The notes: generated by a model from the sequence alone, not told the origin. A stretch of DNA of 64,000 nucleotides from the human T2T-CHM13v2.0 reference genome, Homo sapiens (GCF_009914755.1 NC_060935.1), one strand, 5' to 3'; positions 14,986 to 34,650 are shown, numbered from the stretch's first letter. Made by a program: numbers and translations.

Positions 14986-15666
14986 TTAGTTGAACAGGTG
15001 AATGAATGAATGAATGAGTGAAGGAATCAACTGCCTTACTTCACAGAAACTGAAGCCCAGGAAAGGCAGAGAATAAGCCATGGTCACCCAGCTGGATAAG
15101 GAATCAGGTTGAGATGTAGTCCATGACTCCCAAAAAGTGGAACTCACTTGCCTTCCGTATCTCCTCCTGCCCTCTCCCCCGAGCTGGGTCTTGGAGCCTG
15201 AGACCCCCTTCCCTAGCTGCCAACAGGTAGCTCCAGGATCTCTCAAAGTAATTGTTGGGAGGGAGAGAAGAAAATTGAAAGATAGAGACAGAGACCGCGA
15301 GATAAGAGAGGGGGTTGGGGAAGAGAGGGGAGGATAGGGACACAGGCCCTGGACGGGCGAAAATAAAAGATGGAATAAGAGAGGCTAAAACAGCCATGGA
15401 CAGAGGAGTAGGGCAGGAACACATGAGGCTGAGAGGGCTTCCTGCCACCCAGTCCTCCCCCAGGAGCACAGGGTCCAGTAGGCACCAGGGTGGGCAGGAC
15501 AGTGAGGCCCGCCATGGCACATGGACAGCCACTCCTGCCTCCTTCCAGAAGAGAAGGCGAGTGGGTGGTGGCTCTGCGCTGCATTGATGGCCCTGGCCCT
15601 GCCCACCCTCACCTCTCACTTCTGGGCTGGCAGGAACCACTGATGAGTGTGAGCATGGCTTACTAA

Positions 15667-16047
<381 letters not shown>

Positions 16048-17856
16048 TAAATATTTATTAGTGTTCAGAGTGTGAAGATGCCACAGTCAGCTGGGGTGTG
16101 ATAATTGCTAAAGTGAGGAAAAATACAGATCACAAGGTTTGAAGCAGCAGCTCCCAAGCTGGGGCTGGACGTGCAGAGAAGACCAGAGAAGTGGCACCGG
16201 CCACAAGGGACTCCACCTGCTTCCAGAAGCCTCGGGAGCCCATGGTCTGAAGGAAAGGAGAGGCCACAGGTGCCTGAGGCCACAAACAACTGAGTCAGGG
16301 AAAACCATTCCAGGGACTGCTGGAAGGAGCGAGACACCCTGGTCAGGCTGGAAGAGGCAACTTAAGAAGGGAGGGAGGGAAGACAGAACTTTGTTGAGTG
16401 GCTAATTATTTCTCATAATAGCTCTGTGAAATGGGGATTATCATCCTCATTTTACAGGTAATTAGCTCAAGGCTCAGAGAGACGCAGTAATTTCCCCAAG
16501 AACACACAGCAAGCCAGGGGCTCGGTCAGGATTCAGACCCAATTCTATCTGCTTGCCTCCAGAAGCTGGGTGCTTCATATCCAACCCGGCTGTTTTCCTA
16601 AACCGGGTGTTTTCATCAACATCGGGAATAACAATAAAGAGGAGAAATGAGGAGAGGAGAGGGGCAAGGGGCACAGTGAGGGTGGCCAGGGTAGGAAGTG
16701 TGGCCAGCAGTGGGGAATGACCTGCTGCTAACCTTGTCAGCACCAGGACCACCTCCTTCAGGAAGCAGGACTCTGATGGCTTCCTCAAACAACAGCAGCA
16801 GCCACCACATTCCCCAAGAGCATGCCATGCTCTAGACATGACTTTAGGTATTTTTCCTAGAACACTGCTGATCCTTACAATACCATTTCAGAGATGAGGA
16901 AATTGAGTCTCACCAAGGTGAAGCATGGTCTGCCTGTCTCCCGAGCCCATGTCCTTTCCACTCTGTGACACTGCCAAGCCCTCTGTGATAAAACTCCTCT
17001 GACTTCCTGACCCTAACACTATCAGAAAAGAGGCCCCTGTGAGGATGCTTCGTTTCCTGGGACCTCCACCTATGCAGCGTCACACAGATGGCTCTGCCTG
17101 TCAACTTTGAAGAGCAAGCACACACGTCCAAGACTGGTCAAAGCCAAATTTCCAGGATGCCAGAGGCAGGGTCTGCCTCATCCCCAGCCCCATCTATGCC
17201 CCACAGCCTGATTCACAGAGCTGGGTGCCTATAAGAGAAATACCAGCAGTGTTCCAGCTGATTAAGGCTCAGTGGAGACAAGGAACAGAACCAGCCCCCA
17301 CCACACCCAACCCCACCGCCCAGGGTAGCTCAAGAAAAGGGGGAGGGCATGTTATAAGAAGGCAAAATTCTCACGGGATGCAGGCAGGATGCATGGGGGC
17401 TGGCGCAGGATCTGGGAAGCCATCTGAATCTCAGGCAGTCTCACTCTCTCTGCACCTCTCCTCCCGGGGCTTCATTTTCCCCCGGTTGCACTGCTTTCTG
17501 GGCGGCTGCCCCATTGCCTCTGTGGACCAGCTATCTCTACTTACTCAAGGCTTTTCTCCTCCTCCATCCTTTTGGCTTGGATGTGACTCCCACTCTGACA
17601 CTGTTTCCACTCTGATTCTCACTCAGCTTCCCACTGCTAACTGGTTGAATGGCCCACTTCCAAATTCCCAGTAGAGGAATTTGATTGGTCAGCACTGGTC
17701 ATGTGTTCTACACCTGGGCCAATCAGCTATACCTAGGTGTGTCACACATCTAGGTCTGTCATATAGTCAAGGAGTCCCGGGCAGAAGAGGGTCTGTAGAG
17801 TAATGTTTTCCAAACAGGGGGTCACAACATACTAGTTGATAATAAAACCAACTTAT

Positions 17857-18232
<376 letters not shown>

Positions 18233-18461
18233 CTAGAAAATATAAGCATGCACTGCAGGTAGCAAGGTATAATAGACATTACTATATTCACCAAAATTCA
18301 GTTTCCTTCTAAGCCTGGGGGTATGGGAGTATCAGATTTCTCTGGTCCTATGAAGTTAGGCATGTCCATGTGGCTTGCTCTGGCCAGTGAAATATGAGTA
18401 GAAGTGCCAGATGTCAGTGCCAGGTAGATTTAAGTGCTGGTGCTTGATTCCCCATGCCCTC

Positions 18462-19295
<834 letters not shown>

Positions 19296-19442
19296 CTCTC
19301 TTTCCTTTGCCACTGAAACCAGCAATGATCTGGATGAGAAAGCCTCCATCAACCTAAATCCCAGGGCTGTCCCACTACATGACAGATGTGTAGCATAAGG
19401 GAGAATGAAAGCTCTTGATCCACTAAGATTTGGGGGTTCTTA

Positions 19443-19793
<351 letters not shown>

Positions 19794-20075
19794 GAGTATT
19801 ATTTAGCAAAATGTTTGTTTCAGGTGAATGTGTGTGTACTGAATTACAATGTAAAATGAATTTCATGCTGCAAATTTAAAAATGTTTCAGATCCGCTGTT
19901 CTAGAAAAACATGCCTAAACCAAACATGCCCTATCCGTGTCTGTGCAGACTGCTGGATGCTGTCTTCTGATTCCATTCCATCAAGGTGGTGCCGCCAGGA
20001 AGACAGGTAGGTCAACTCTCCATGAACCAGAATGTCAGTTTCTCCAGTGAGCCTCATTCCCCACCTGCAGCATAG

Positions 20076-20588
<513 letters not shown>

Positions 20589-21158
20589 TGATAACACAAG
20601 GAAATGCCTATCATAGAATATTAAGCAGAGTAAGTCAGGAATCAGAATAGTACGTTTGGCATGAGCTGAACTTTACACTCAATAAATACCCAAAAGAAAT
20701 AAATGAGAAGACTTGATGTTAAGATGCCTACGCTCCCCTAATTGATTCAATGTAATCTTTATCAAATCGTAGCTAGCTTTTTTGCAGAAACTGAGAAGCT
20801 CATCCTAAAATTCATAAGGAAATGCCAGGGATCCAGAATAGCCAAACTATCTTGAAAAAAAAAAAAAATAGAACCAAGTTAGAAGACTCACACTTCCCAT
20901 TTTCAAAACTTACCACAAAGCTACAGTAATCAAGACTATATTGTGCTGGCATAAAAACAGACATATAGATCAATGGGATATAATTGAGAGTCTAGAAATG
21001 AACTCATATATTTATGGTCAATAGATTTTTTTACAAAGGAGCCAAGGCAAGTCAATGGGGAAAGAACATTGTTTTCAACAAATGATGCTAGGACAACTGG
21101 ATAGTCGCACAAAAAAAAACAAAGTTAGATCCCGACCTCACATCACGTACAAAAATTA

Positions 21159-21558
<400 letters not shown>

Positions 21559-21683
21559 TCATGACCTTGGGTTAAGCAATGGTTTCTTAGATATGACACC
21601 AAAAGCACAAGCAACTGAAGAAAAAATAGACAAAATTTTAAAACTTTTGTGCTTCAAAAGTCACTGTCAAGAAAGAGAATATT

Positions 21684-21850
21684 GGGGGGTGGGGGCTGGG
21701 GGAGGGATAGCATTAGGAGAAATATCTAATGTAAATGACGAGTTGATGGGTGCAGCAAACCAACATGGCACATGTATACATATGTAACAAACCTGCACGT
21801 TGTGCACATGTACCCTAGAACTTAAAGTATAATTAAAAAAAAAAAAAAAA
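21684..21850 (+). mobile_element. 5'-truncated L1PA 3' end inside the L1M
   Basis: GGGGGAGGGATAGCATTAGGAGA...CACATGTACCCTAGAACTTAAAGTATAAT followed by poly-A. Confidence 0.92.
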
Positions 21851-23516
21851 GAAACCCACTGAATGGAGCAAATATTTTCAAATCATTTATCTGATCAGGT
21901 CCTAATAGCCAGGATATATAAAGAACTATTACAACTCAACAACAAACAGGTGAATCACCCATTTTTAAATGGGCAATGGATTTGTTTGAATAGGCATTTG
22001 TCCAAAGAAGATATTCAAGTGGCCACTAAACACATGAAAAGATGTTCAGCATCATCAGTCATCAGTCAAAACTACAATGATACACTTCACACCCATTAAG
22101 ATGGCTATACTCAAAAGGAAGGATAATAAGTGTGGACAGGAGTGTGGAGAAACTGGAAACTTCATACATCGCTGGTGGGAATGGAAAGTGGGGCTGTCAC
22201 TTTGAAAAACAGTTTGGCAGTTCCTTTAAAAGTTAAACCGAGAGTTAACATATGACCCAGTAAGTCCCCTCCTGGGTATACACCCAAAGTAACTGAAAAT
22301 GTCCACACAAAAAACTTATGCATAAATGTTTGTAGCAGCATTATTCAAAATAGCCAAAAAGAGTGAAAAAAAAAATCTATCAATGAATACATGTATTTTT
22401 TTAAAATTCAGTCTATACATACAATGGAATAGTACATAGCCATAAAATGGGATGAAGTACTGATTCATGCTACAACATAATGAACCTTGAAAACATTATG
22501 TTAAGTAAATTAACATAATGTTGATTATGTTAATTTAACATAATTAACATAATTCTGTTAACAGAAGGCTGCATATTATATGATTCCACTTGCATTAAAT
22601 GTTCAGAGTAGGCAAATTGATAGAGACAGAAGGTAAATTAGTGGTTGCCAAGGGTTGATGGGAGTGGGAAATGGGGAGTGACTGCTAATTGGTACAGAGT
22701 TCTTTGGGAGGTGATGAAAATGTTCTGGAATTGGATAGTGGTGATGGTTATACAAACTTGTGAATATATACAAAAACCACTGAATTTTACCCTAAAAGTG
22801 TGAATATTATGGTATATTACATCTCAATTAAAAAAAAAAACAACTAAAAAAAGACAGAGAGAATGAAAAAAAGGAAATGTGCCTAAATACTGACAGGAGT
22901 TGAAGAAGACTCCGCCCACCCACACGCTTCTTTATACCTATAATTTTTCTGTTATACAATGAGCATAAAGTACTTTATAAAGATGCTTGGATTTCCCTAA
23001 CAAGATATGTCTCAAGTCTTGGAGAAAGGAGAATCTAGGAAAAAAAAAAAAAAGTAAGTGAAGTAGGGAAAATCTGGACCCTAAACTCTGAATGCTTTGA
23101 TGTAAGAGTCTCTGGTTCTGTGATTTTACAATCCAGGATCCATGTTTCTGTGAATCCTGAGATCCCTCCCCAGGCCTAATGTATCGTATACTCAGCTATC
23201 CTTTTTCCAGGAAGCCTTCCCTGACTACCCTCTAAGTCTGGGTTAGGAGCCCCTCAGCTCCACATCCAGTGTGTCCCCATTCATAGCACTTACCATACTT
23301 TGTAATGGTCTGATAACACCCTCTGCTTCACTTTTATAGCAACAATGAAAGTAGAGATATTATTTGTGTTATATTCACTGTATTTCTGGGGCATAGCATG
23401 GTACCTAGGATATAGTAGGTGCTCAATAAATAAATATAGGATGACTATGGTTAAATGAATGCCCTAAGAGAATTATTCAAGTATGAGGATGGATGAAGTT
23501 TAAAAAGATGGTGGTA

Positions 23517-23833
23517 GGACAGGCGCAGTGGCTGACGCCTGTAATCCCAGCACTTTAGGAGGCCGAGGGGGGCAGATCACGAGGTCAGGAGTTTGAGACC
23601 AGCCTGGCCAACATGGTGAAACCCTGTCTCTACTAAAAATACAAAAATTAGCCGGGTGTGGTGGCACGTGCCTGTAATCCCAACTACTCAGGAGGCTGAG
23701 GCAGGAGAAACACTGAACCCAGGAGGCGAGGTTGCAGTGAGCTGAGATTGCACCACTGCACTCCAGCCTGGGCAACACAGTGAGACTCTGTCTCAAAAAA
23801 AAAAAAAAAGAAAGAAAGAAAGAAAGAAAAGAA
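23517..23833 (+). mobile_element. Alu (Sg-like) with (GAAA)n tail
   Basis: Sense Alu. Confidence 0.94.
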
Positions 23834-24142
23834 AGCTTATCCAGGTTATCCAGGAGAGAAACCAGGTCCAGTTACTGCTGTAAGTGAGTTACAAATATTA
23901 ACTCACTTATTTCTCCAACAACTCTATAATAAGTGTTACTATCATCCCATTTCACAGATGAGAAAACTGAGGCACAGGGAGGTTAAGTAATTTGCCTAGG
24001 GTCACACAGCAAGTAAGCAACAGAGCTAGATATCAGAGCCCAGATACTCCAGCTCCAGAGACCACACTTTTAATCACTCACAATACTGCCTGAGAGGTGG
24101 GATTATGTGGTTCTGTCTGGGGAGTCAAAAAAGCCTTCAGGG

Positions 24143-25221
<1,079 letters not shown>

Positions 25222-26459
25222 TCACTCAGACGCAGCCACCCTACATTCTGACCCACTTTCCTCAGTGTGAGAGCAGCCATCAGGGAGCAGGGAGGTGCGG
25301 GGAGCAGGTGGCAGCGGCTGCAGAGAGGTTCCTAGGCCCTTATCGCATTCTCCCTGGTAGCAGAGTTATTTGTGTACCGGCTCGTCTGCTCTGCCAGAAT
25401 TTCCCAGCCCTCCCTGTGTCAGAGTGTGGCCCTTCTGTTTACCCACCATCAGTGCACCTGCTTCTCAGGACAGCCCAGGAGGGGGAAGGAGGCAGGAAGG
25501 CAAGAAATGTCACCCCATTTCAGAGATTTCCGGAGCCTGAGGGAGCACAGTCCCACCTGCTTCATTTCCCAGAGGGAGAAATCAAAGCCCGAGTGAGAGA
25601 AGAGTCTCACACCAGGGCCAGGAAGCTTGGGCTCAGGGAGACTCGCTAGTGTGCCCAGAGTCAGACTGGGATGGGGACCGCCGGCTTCTGTGGTTCCCGT
25701 CTCCTGTCACATCCCTGCTCAAATCTGCCATAGCTCCCAGGGCACAGGGCAGTGCCTGGCAGGCCAGAGGGGTCAGGGGTGGTGGCTGGGGAGTGAGGGG
25801 TTCTGGCCAAGTCAGACTCCTGGGCTGCAGACTTCCCACAGACTTCTAGGCCGACAGCAATTCCCCAAGCCTCCTGCCGCATTCACGGGTTCACTTCTTT
25901 GGCCATGAAGCATATTTTTGAAAATTCTCAGGTGGTGCAGAGTGAGGAAAGAGGGGGCCATGGACAGAGGGGAGAGTTTCTTAAAAGAGCTTGGCTTATT
26001 TTCTGTTAACCCATGAAGCTGGAGATCTGAAAATCAAGGGCTAATCAAAATTTCCCCAGGCGGGCTGGCAGCTGGATACCAAAGAGCCCACAGACTGCGC
26101 CTGAGCGCTGCCCAGCCTTCCTGGGGCTGAGATGCAGGAAGAGAAGGTTGCTGGCAGCCAAAAGGGCCCAGAGGCTGAAGCAGACAGTCCCTGCCTGAGT
26201 CTCTGCTTGAGCCCAGTGTGACCTCAGGCCCATTTCCTATCCTCTGGAAGGCTCAGCTTCCTTCGCCTAGAGAATGGGGATAATATCCACCCCATAGGCT
26301 GGGGATAGGTGTAAAAACTTGATCCCCAGTAGTGACTCAACACAGGGAAGCTGACATTGTGCTATGATACTATGAAATTGTCATCATCATTATCCTGGCC
26401 AGTGTCCTGCCCCCACCCCCTGCTCAGGGAGAGTTCTCCCCCAAATGTCCCTCAGGTGA

Positions 26460-26893
<434 letters not shown>

Positions 26894-28069
26894 CACTTTT
26901 TCCCAGTGTAGACATCCACATTCCAGAAATTTCCAGGTGCGTGCCCTGCTCTTCCCTCTTCCTGTACTATCCTTTGCATCAGTTCTACCAACTGCAGCCC
27001 CTTCCCATCCTTCACACAGTCCCAGCGTCACCTCACCCAAGAAGCCCTCCTTGACTGCCTTGGCTTAAAGTGCTCTTGCCCTGACTCCTCTGCCCTTGCT
27101 CCCTCCTTTGCTTCCTTCCATTCGTCTTTCTTATTTCCCTCCTTTCTTTTCTTCCCTTTATTTTTCAAATCTCTGGGCCTGGGGCTGTTTTTACCTGCAG
27201 AAGGTACAGGCCCCGGTGTCGGTGTTGTTTCCCCAGAGCACCTACAGGGCAGCGGAAGGCAGACACTCAGTGAACAAGCAAGCCCTCCCTCAAAAGCACA
27301 GTGGGAGGGTGGGAGGAGGTGCATGTGTGATGTGCCCAGTTCCGTTCCAGGCACCACCAGGCACCCAGCACACATGTGCATCTTTCCCTCCCTCTCCTGC
27401 TGGCCCCTGAGCATCCAAACAGGGCCTGCACATGGCTGCTCCTGAGTGGATGCCACGGAACTGAAATGATGGCAAACCCCAGGGAACAGAAACTGCGACT
27501 TCAGTCACTTATGTTCCTTGGTACATAGTAGGTGCTTAATAAAGATTTTGAATGAATAAACAAGAGCCAAGCCCTGAGCTTGAGGCTGGGAAAAAATAGG
27601 ACCTGGGCCAAGAAGCGGCAGCCTTGCCATCTGGATGAGCACCATGGATGCGCAGTCTTGGCGGGAACCCATTAGCTATAGGGCACTCCTGACACAAGAC
27701 AGGCCATTATTTTCCCAGCGGAAAGATTTTATTTAAAGGGGGTTTTTGTTTGGTTTGTTTGTTTTGCCAATTTCAACATGCAAACTTTTAAGGATATAGA
27801 ATAACATATGTTAAAATAAGATATTAATTCAAAAACATCATTAATTTCTTCCTATTCTCACATTTCATAAAATGTCACAACAGATCCACTATGGCAGCAT
27901 ATCTCTGACTCTGTGTCCTCTGCTCTGTGGATCAGTCAGTAAGCCGAGAGGGTTCTCTGTGGTCAGGGACTCCATACAGACTGAAATCTAAGGCCTAAGG
28001 TGCCAGCTTTTTCCAGGGAAATAGTTGTGGGGGAAAAAAACTGCCTTATATTTATCTGGATGGGGTGCC

Positions 28070-29210
<1,141 letters not shown>

Positions 29211-29329
29211 TGGGTGTAACCCTAAGTAGAGAAGATAAATTCACAAGCTTGATGAATCCTTCCCAGTTTCCAGCCTAGGCAGACGACTCAGCACCAGCCT
29301 GCTGTATGGATCAAGGATCTGAATGTGGT

Positions 29330-29485
29330 CGTGTGCACGCACTCTACACACCATGCACAGAAAGACATACACAAATACTAAACAATAACACACCTGCATC
29401 ACACTCCACACACACATCTTGTCTACAAACCCCCACATATACAACATGCACACAGCATATAACCGACTAAACATGCACCCCACAG
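29330..29485. repeat. (CA)-rich low-complexity region
   Basis: Degenerate ACAC runs. Confidence 0.7.
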
Positions 29486-30908
29486 TAGCCCTTCAGTCAG
29501 CAGGGGAATAATTTGAATAATGACAAACACAAGCAAAAGAATGACAACCTGACTGACCAAATTCCTTGATATCTGAGCACCTTCACCTTTACTCCCTCCT
29601 CATCCTCTGTGATCCACCCTTCCCCGCACACCCCGACACCACACTGCAAAGGCAAAGGTCTCAACCCTCACAAGAAGCACCAAACCCACTGACCCCATTT
29701 CAGTCCCGCTGGAGGCCCTGGCCACCTGACTCCCCATCCCTGCTCTGTGCCCAGCTCTCAGGAGACTCCAGAGCTGAGTCTGACCTTGGCCCCTTCCCAG
29801 AGCCCATGAAAAGGAGTTCCCTGGGCAACTCCACCCACCTGACCACTTCAGCTGCCACCGATGCCAGTAAGTCCAAACCTCGTCTCCAGCCAGACCCTCT
29901 CTGACCCCCACCCATCAGCCTTCAGACATTTCTACTCGATGTCCCCCAACTCCTTAGACAAGTCCCAAACAGCCTTCCCCCATCTCCGCCCCGCACTGTT
30001 CCTCCCTGTGTTCTCCATCCCCACCTATGCCAGAGGCTGGTGCGCAGGAAGCACTCAATGCACATCTCATGGAGAGAGGAAGAAATCATGTAAATCCCAG
30101 AAAGAGAGGAAAAGCAAACTTCCTGGTGAGTCAGATAGAAAGTCTTACCCCATTTTACAGATGAGAGCCCAAAGATTCAGTGGAGTGAAGAGGCCAGCCC
30201 AGAAGCAGCGCCAAAGCAGTGGACTGTGAGGTGGAGGGAGCCTGAGCTGGGGGCTGCAGGCAGCAGCAGCCAGGCCAGGGCCAGCCCCGCAGGCTCAGCT
30301 CTCCCCAGCCCCAAGTGAGGGGTTAGTTACAAAGAAAAGGAAAAGGCGTTCCTGATACGCGTCCTGTTTCCTCTCCTCCTCCGGGCTTCTCGGGCCATGG
30401 AGGGCGGACGTCCCTGGGCTGGCAGCACTCTGCCTGTACACAGACGGGCAGGGGGTGAGGGTCTCCCCAAGGATGGTGACGGTCTCCCTAGACCACTTTC
30501 CATTCCAGCAGTCCAGCCTGCATGGAGACAGGGGCTCACCAGAGTGACCCCTCAAGTTTCCCTTCCAGCCTGGGGGAGCCCTTACCCCTTATCCCCAGTG
30601 GGTACTTGTCACAGCCAGGCACCTCCTGTCCATCAGAGGATCCCATACAGACACCTTCACCAGGAAGGCTTCTATGTCACCCTCACTTGCTGCAGAGGGC
30701 CTTCTTGCAGTCTCCTGTAAGGAGTCTCCTGTCTTCCCTTCCTCCCTGCCCCACAGCAGCCAAGTTTATAAGTGCCCATCTCCATCCGTAGCTGCTGCCT
30801 GTGGGACCTGAGCTCCCCATGAATCAGGGAGCGGAAGGGGTCAAAGTGAAGGGGTCAAAGGTGAAGGCCATAAATGGGGTTTCTTGAGTGAGAGGACAAG
30901 ATGAGCCT

Positions 30909-31205
30909 CCATCAGACAGGGGTCCTTCCTGAGGACAGAGGTCAGGGCTCCTCTCTCAAATAGGGAATCTCTCTGAGGGAAGTGGCCATGGATCCCCCAT
31001 CAGATTGGAGGCTCCTGCAGGATGGAGGCCATGCTTCATTCCTCAGGCACACAGCTCCTACAGAACAAGAGGACTGTGTCCCCTCTGTTACACAGAGAGT
31101 CCCAGGAAACAGAAGTCATGGTGCCCCATCAGACAGGAGTGTCCTGGAGGACAGGGCCATGCCTCCTCCATCACACCAGGAGCTCCCAGAGGGCACGATC
31201 CCCAT
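30909..31205. repeat. Degenerate tandem array, about 7 units of ~43 bp
   Basis: CCATCA(G/C)A(C/T) anchors at 30909, 30997, 31126 and 31168. Confidence 0.65.
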
Positions 31206-32058
31206 CTGCTCCCTCTCCCCAGAAGCTCCCAGGACAGACTTCAGCTCAGTCTAACACACGGGGAAGGTCTTCCCTCTGGAGCAGAACTGACAGGGAGTCT
31301 TGCTCACACCCTCCCCTGCCCAGGGTCCCACTCCAACTCCCCATTTATGCTCTCCATTGAACTGAAGCCACCATGCCATATTTATGTCAGCTGTGTGTCT
31401 GGGCAGAGGCCAGCAACCTCTGGAGAGATGGCAGGGGGCAACAGGGGGATCCCTGACAAGAGGATCCCAGGACAGGCCATGGCTCCAGCTCTGGCTGGAT
31501 GTGACCCAGATGGGTATCCACACCTGGCTCTGCCAGTAACTGAGCAAGCCTCTTCCCCCGTGGCCATGGATAGCACCATCCCCATCATCAAACTTTATCA
31601 GCACCCACTCCTGGCTAAAGTGGAATAAAGCATCAGGGACAGGGGATAGCAGGCCCTTCCTTAGTCCCACTGTGAGGACAACACTGGCCCTCCCTGGGTG
31701 CCAGCCCTGAGCCCGGCCCAAGCAACTTCCACAGTCATCTTTCCTACTCACGGCAGCTCCAGGGAACTGCTATTAGTTAGCATCGATCCACAAAGTACTT
31801 TGCCGACACTTTATGAGCTCAGTCTCACCAGAGGCCCCAGGGGCCATGAGCAAGAGGCAGAAACCAAGGCCCAGGAGCTCAGGCCACTGAGTAGAGCCAG
31901 GGAGTCGCTGAGCCAGCATTTGAAACCAGGCCCCATGACCAAGGCCCAAGCGAGCCCAGAGACAGCACTAAGTAAATGTTTACTGAATGCCTGTTCACTG
32001 AAAAGCAATCTGACTGGATTTTGGTAACAATCTGGGCATATTTTCTTATTAAGAAATT

Positions 32059-32390
<332 letters not shown>

Positions 32391-34650
32391 TCACTATATT
32401 GCCCTAGCTGGTCTTGATCTCCTGGGCGCAAGTGAGCCTCCCACCTCGGCGTCCTGAGTAGCTGCAATTACAGGTACATGCCATCATGCCCAGTGATTAT
32501 TTTAAGACATACCATTTGTTAATTTGTCATGTGCTAGGTACTTTAAATATTTATGTTTAATCTCAAGGATAACTCAAGGAGAAAAAGCCAGTATCCTCAT
32601 TTTACAGAATTGGAAACTGGAGGCTAGGGAGGGGAAGAGAAAAGTTACCCAGTTCAGGGGAGGCAACGCCCGCCTGGCGGCCCCAAAGCCCCTGCTCCTT
32701 TTCTGGCCCACACAGCTCCCTGTGCTCTCAGAAGGTGGCCTGGGGAGGCCAGAGGCCCACAAATGGGCGCAGCCAGCATCAAAGTGCTCAGGCAGCCTGC
32801 CTGGTGGGCCTGACCCCACATTGCAGGGATCCCTGGAGGAGAGGGCCCAAGCTCTGCTCCCTCAGGGAGCTTTGCCAGGCCTCTCTGAGGGCACCTATTT
32901 CACATCCCTGCCTTGGTGGGAATCATTCATCTGAGAACTTGCCCCCCAGGATGGGAGCTCCTCCAGGGCAAGGCCTGTGCTTGGCACAGAGAAGGTGCAT
33001 CATAAAGGAGTTAAGGGCACAGGCTTAGGGTCAGGCAGGCCTGTAGCCTCATCACCCTGCAATGCAGCCGTCTTGAGTGAAATGAGGCCCTGGCACAGAG
33101 TTGGAGCTCTGTGAATGGTGAGAATACTAACCCCTACCACAGCAAGCGGACCCACTGGTGGCCTTGGGCAGGTCCTTGTCCATCTTGGCTTCAGCTGGCT
33201 TACGTGCTGTCACTGGGGGTCACATTACCTCACAGGAGGCTAGGTAGGTGGGAGGAAATAATGGGTATATGAGGAGTCCTGGGGAGACCAGAGTGCTGAG
33301 CAGAGACAAAGGCCTGATATTAGGACAAGGCTGAATTATTGAGCATTTTAAATAAATGCATTTCCATTACTTCCAAGAATACACAGGCCTTGCAGATAAG
33401 GTGGGCACAGCAAAGCCAACCAAGAGCAGCTGTGCCTCAGTGAGGCAGGGAGCAGGGGAGGAGCATTCTAGAGCATCTCCAGACCATTCCCCAGACATAC
33501 ACTGGGACTTGGTAATATGCAACCCCCAAACCTTCCACTTGCTCCTCAAAACAGTTCCCTTTTATGGCTTCAGGAGGGGTAGTAAGAAGCCCGCAGGAGG
33601 AACGGTGCTGGCCCTCTTAGCCACCAACCTATCTGGAGTGACCTTCCCAGAACCAGCTCTGCCTGCCACAACCTAGAAGCTCAAGCCATCTGATCCCAAA
33701 CCTCGGGGAGAACTGCGCAAATGGAAATCGATGTGGGGAGCAATGGGGAATGGGGTCTCGCTCTCTCCCCTGGTATTTAATGGCTATGTTTGGACATGGC
33801 ATCTTACCTTTCCTGTCCTCACCTGGATAATAGGGCAACACAGCCTGCTCCAGGGTGTTGAGGGGGATGAAAGGCCAACGTCTGTATGCGCCTGGCATGT
33901 AACCTGGGTTCAACATAGGTAGGTGAGTGCACTGAGAGGCACTGGGAACACCAAGGGGAACAAGGCCATCCAGGGCCCTGCCTCTGTGGGGCTTAAAGTC
34001 TAGCAGGGGGGAAAAGGTATAAGGAATCGCATGTAAGAACACCTGCAGGAAGTGGAGGAGCCTTTGGTCACCATGCTACATTGTTTCCAACATTTATTTT
34101 ATACTCTCTGTGTATCCAACCGGCACCAGGCAGTGGGACACAGGCTTCCCACGGGGTTTGGAGTGTGGTGGATGAGCTTACGGAATGTGCTTCCTTAAGA
34201 CCTAGATGGCCTTTCCTTCAGCACCTTCCTTTGGCTCACATTTCACCCTCATGAGGAAACCTCATGAGCAACTCAGCCCCTGTGCTGTCTGATTATCAGC
34301 AGGAGGCAGTGGGCATGGGCATTCATGCCACAGAGAGAGAAGGACCTGAATGATTTGGTTGCCTGCTTTTAGCTCAGGTTCATGTGAATCTGATTGAGTC
34401 AGTCATGTGGTCTGCTCAATTCTAAGGGCTGGACTGACATGTGGCAACTTTGTACAGGCCAGACCCCAGGAGGCCGGCTCCCCAATTGCCTTTGCCACAC
34501 TGCCTCTGTCCCACCACAACCACAGTGACCTTAAGGAGCAGAAGGGTCTGTTACAAATGTACTGCCCACATAGGGTAGGGGAGACAGATGTCCAAACCAA
34601 TACCCAGCCTACCAAAGGCACCCTATGAGAGGGTTATAAAGAGACCACAG

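Noticed and set aside
30909-31205. CRISPR-like repeat-spacer array; also the 207-aa ORF at 31005-31628
   Set aside because: Human intron with no cas genes; units are degenerate along their whole length rather than identical repeats with unique spacers. The ORF has no recognisable domain.
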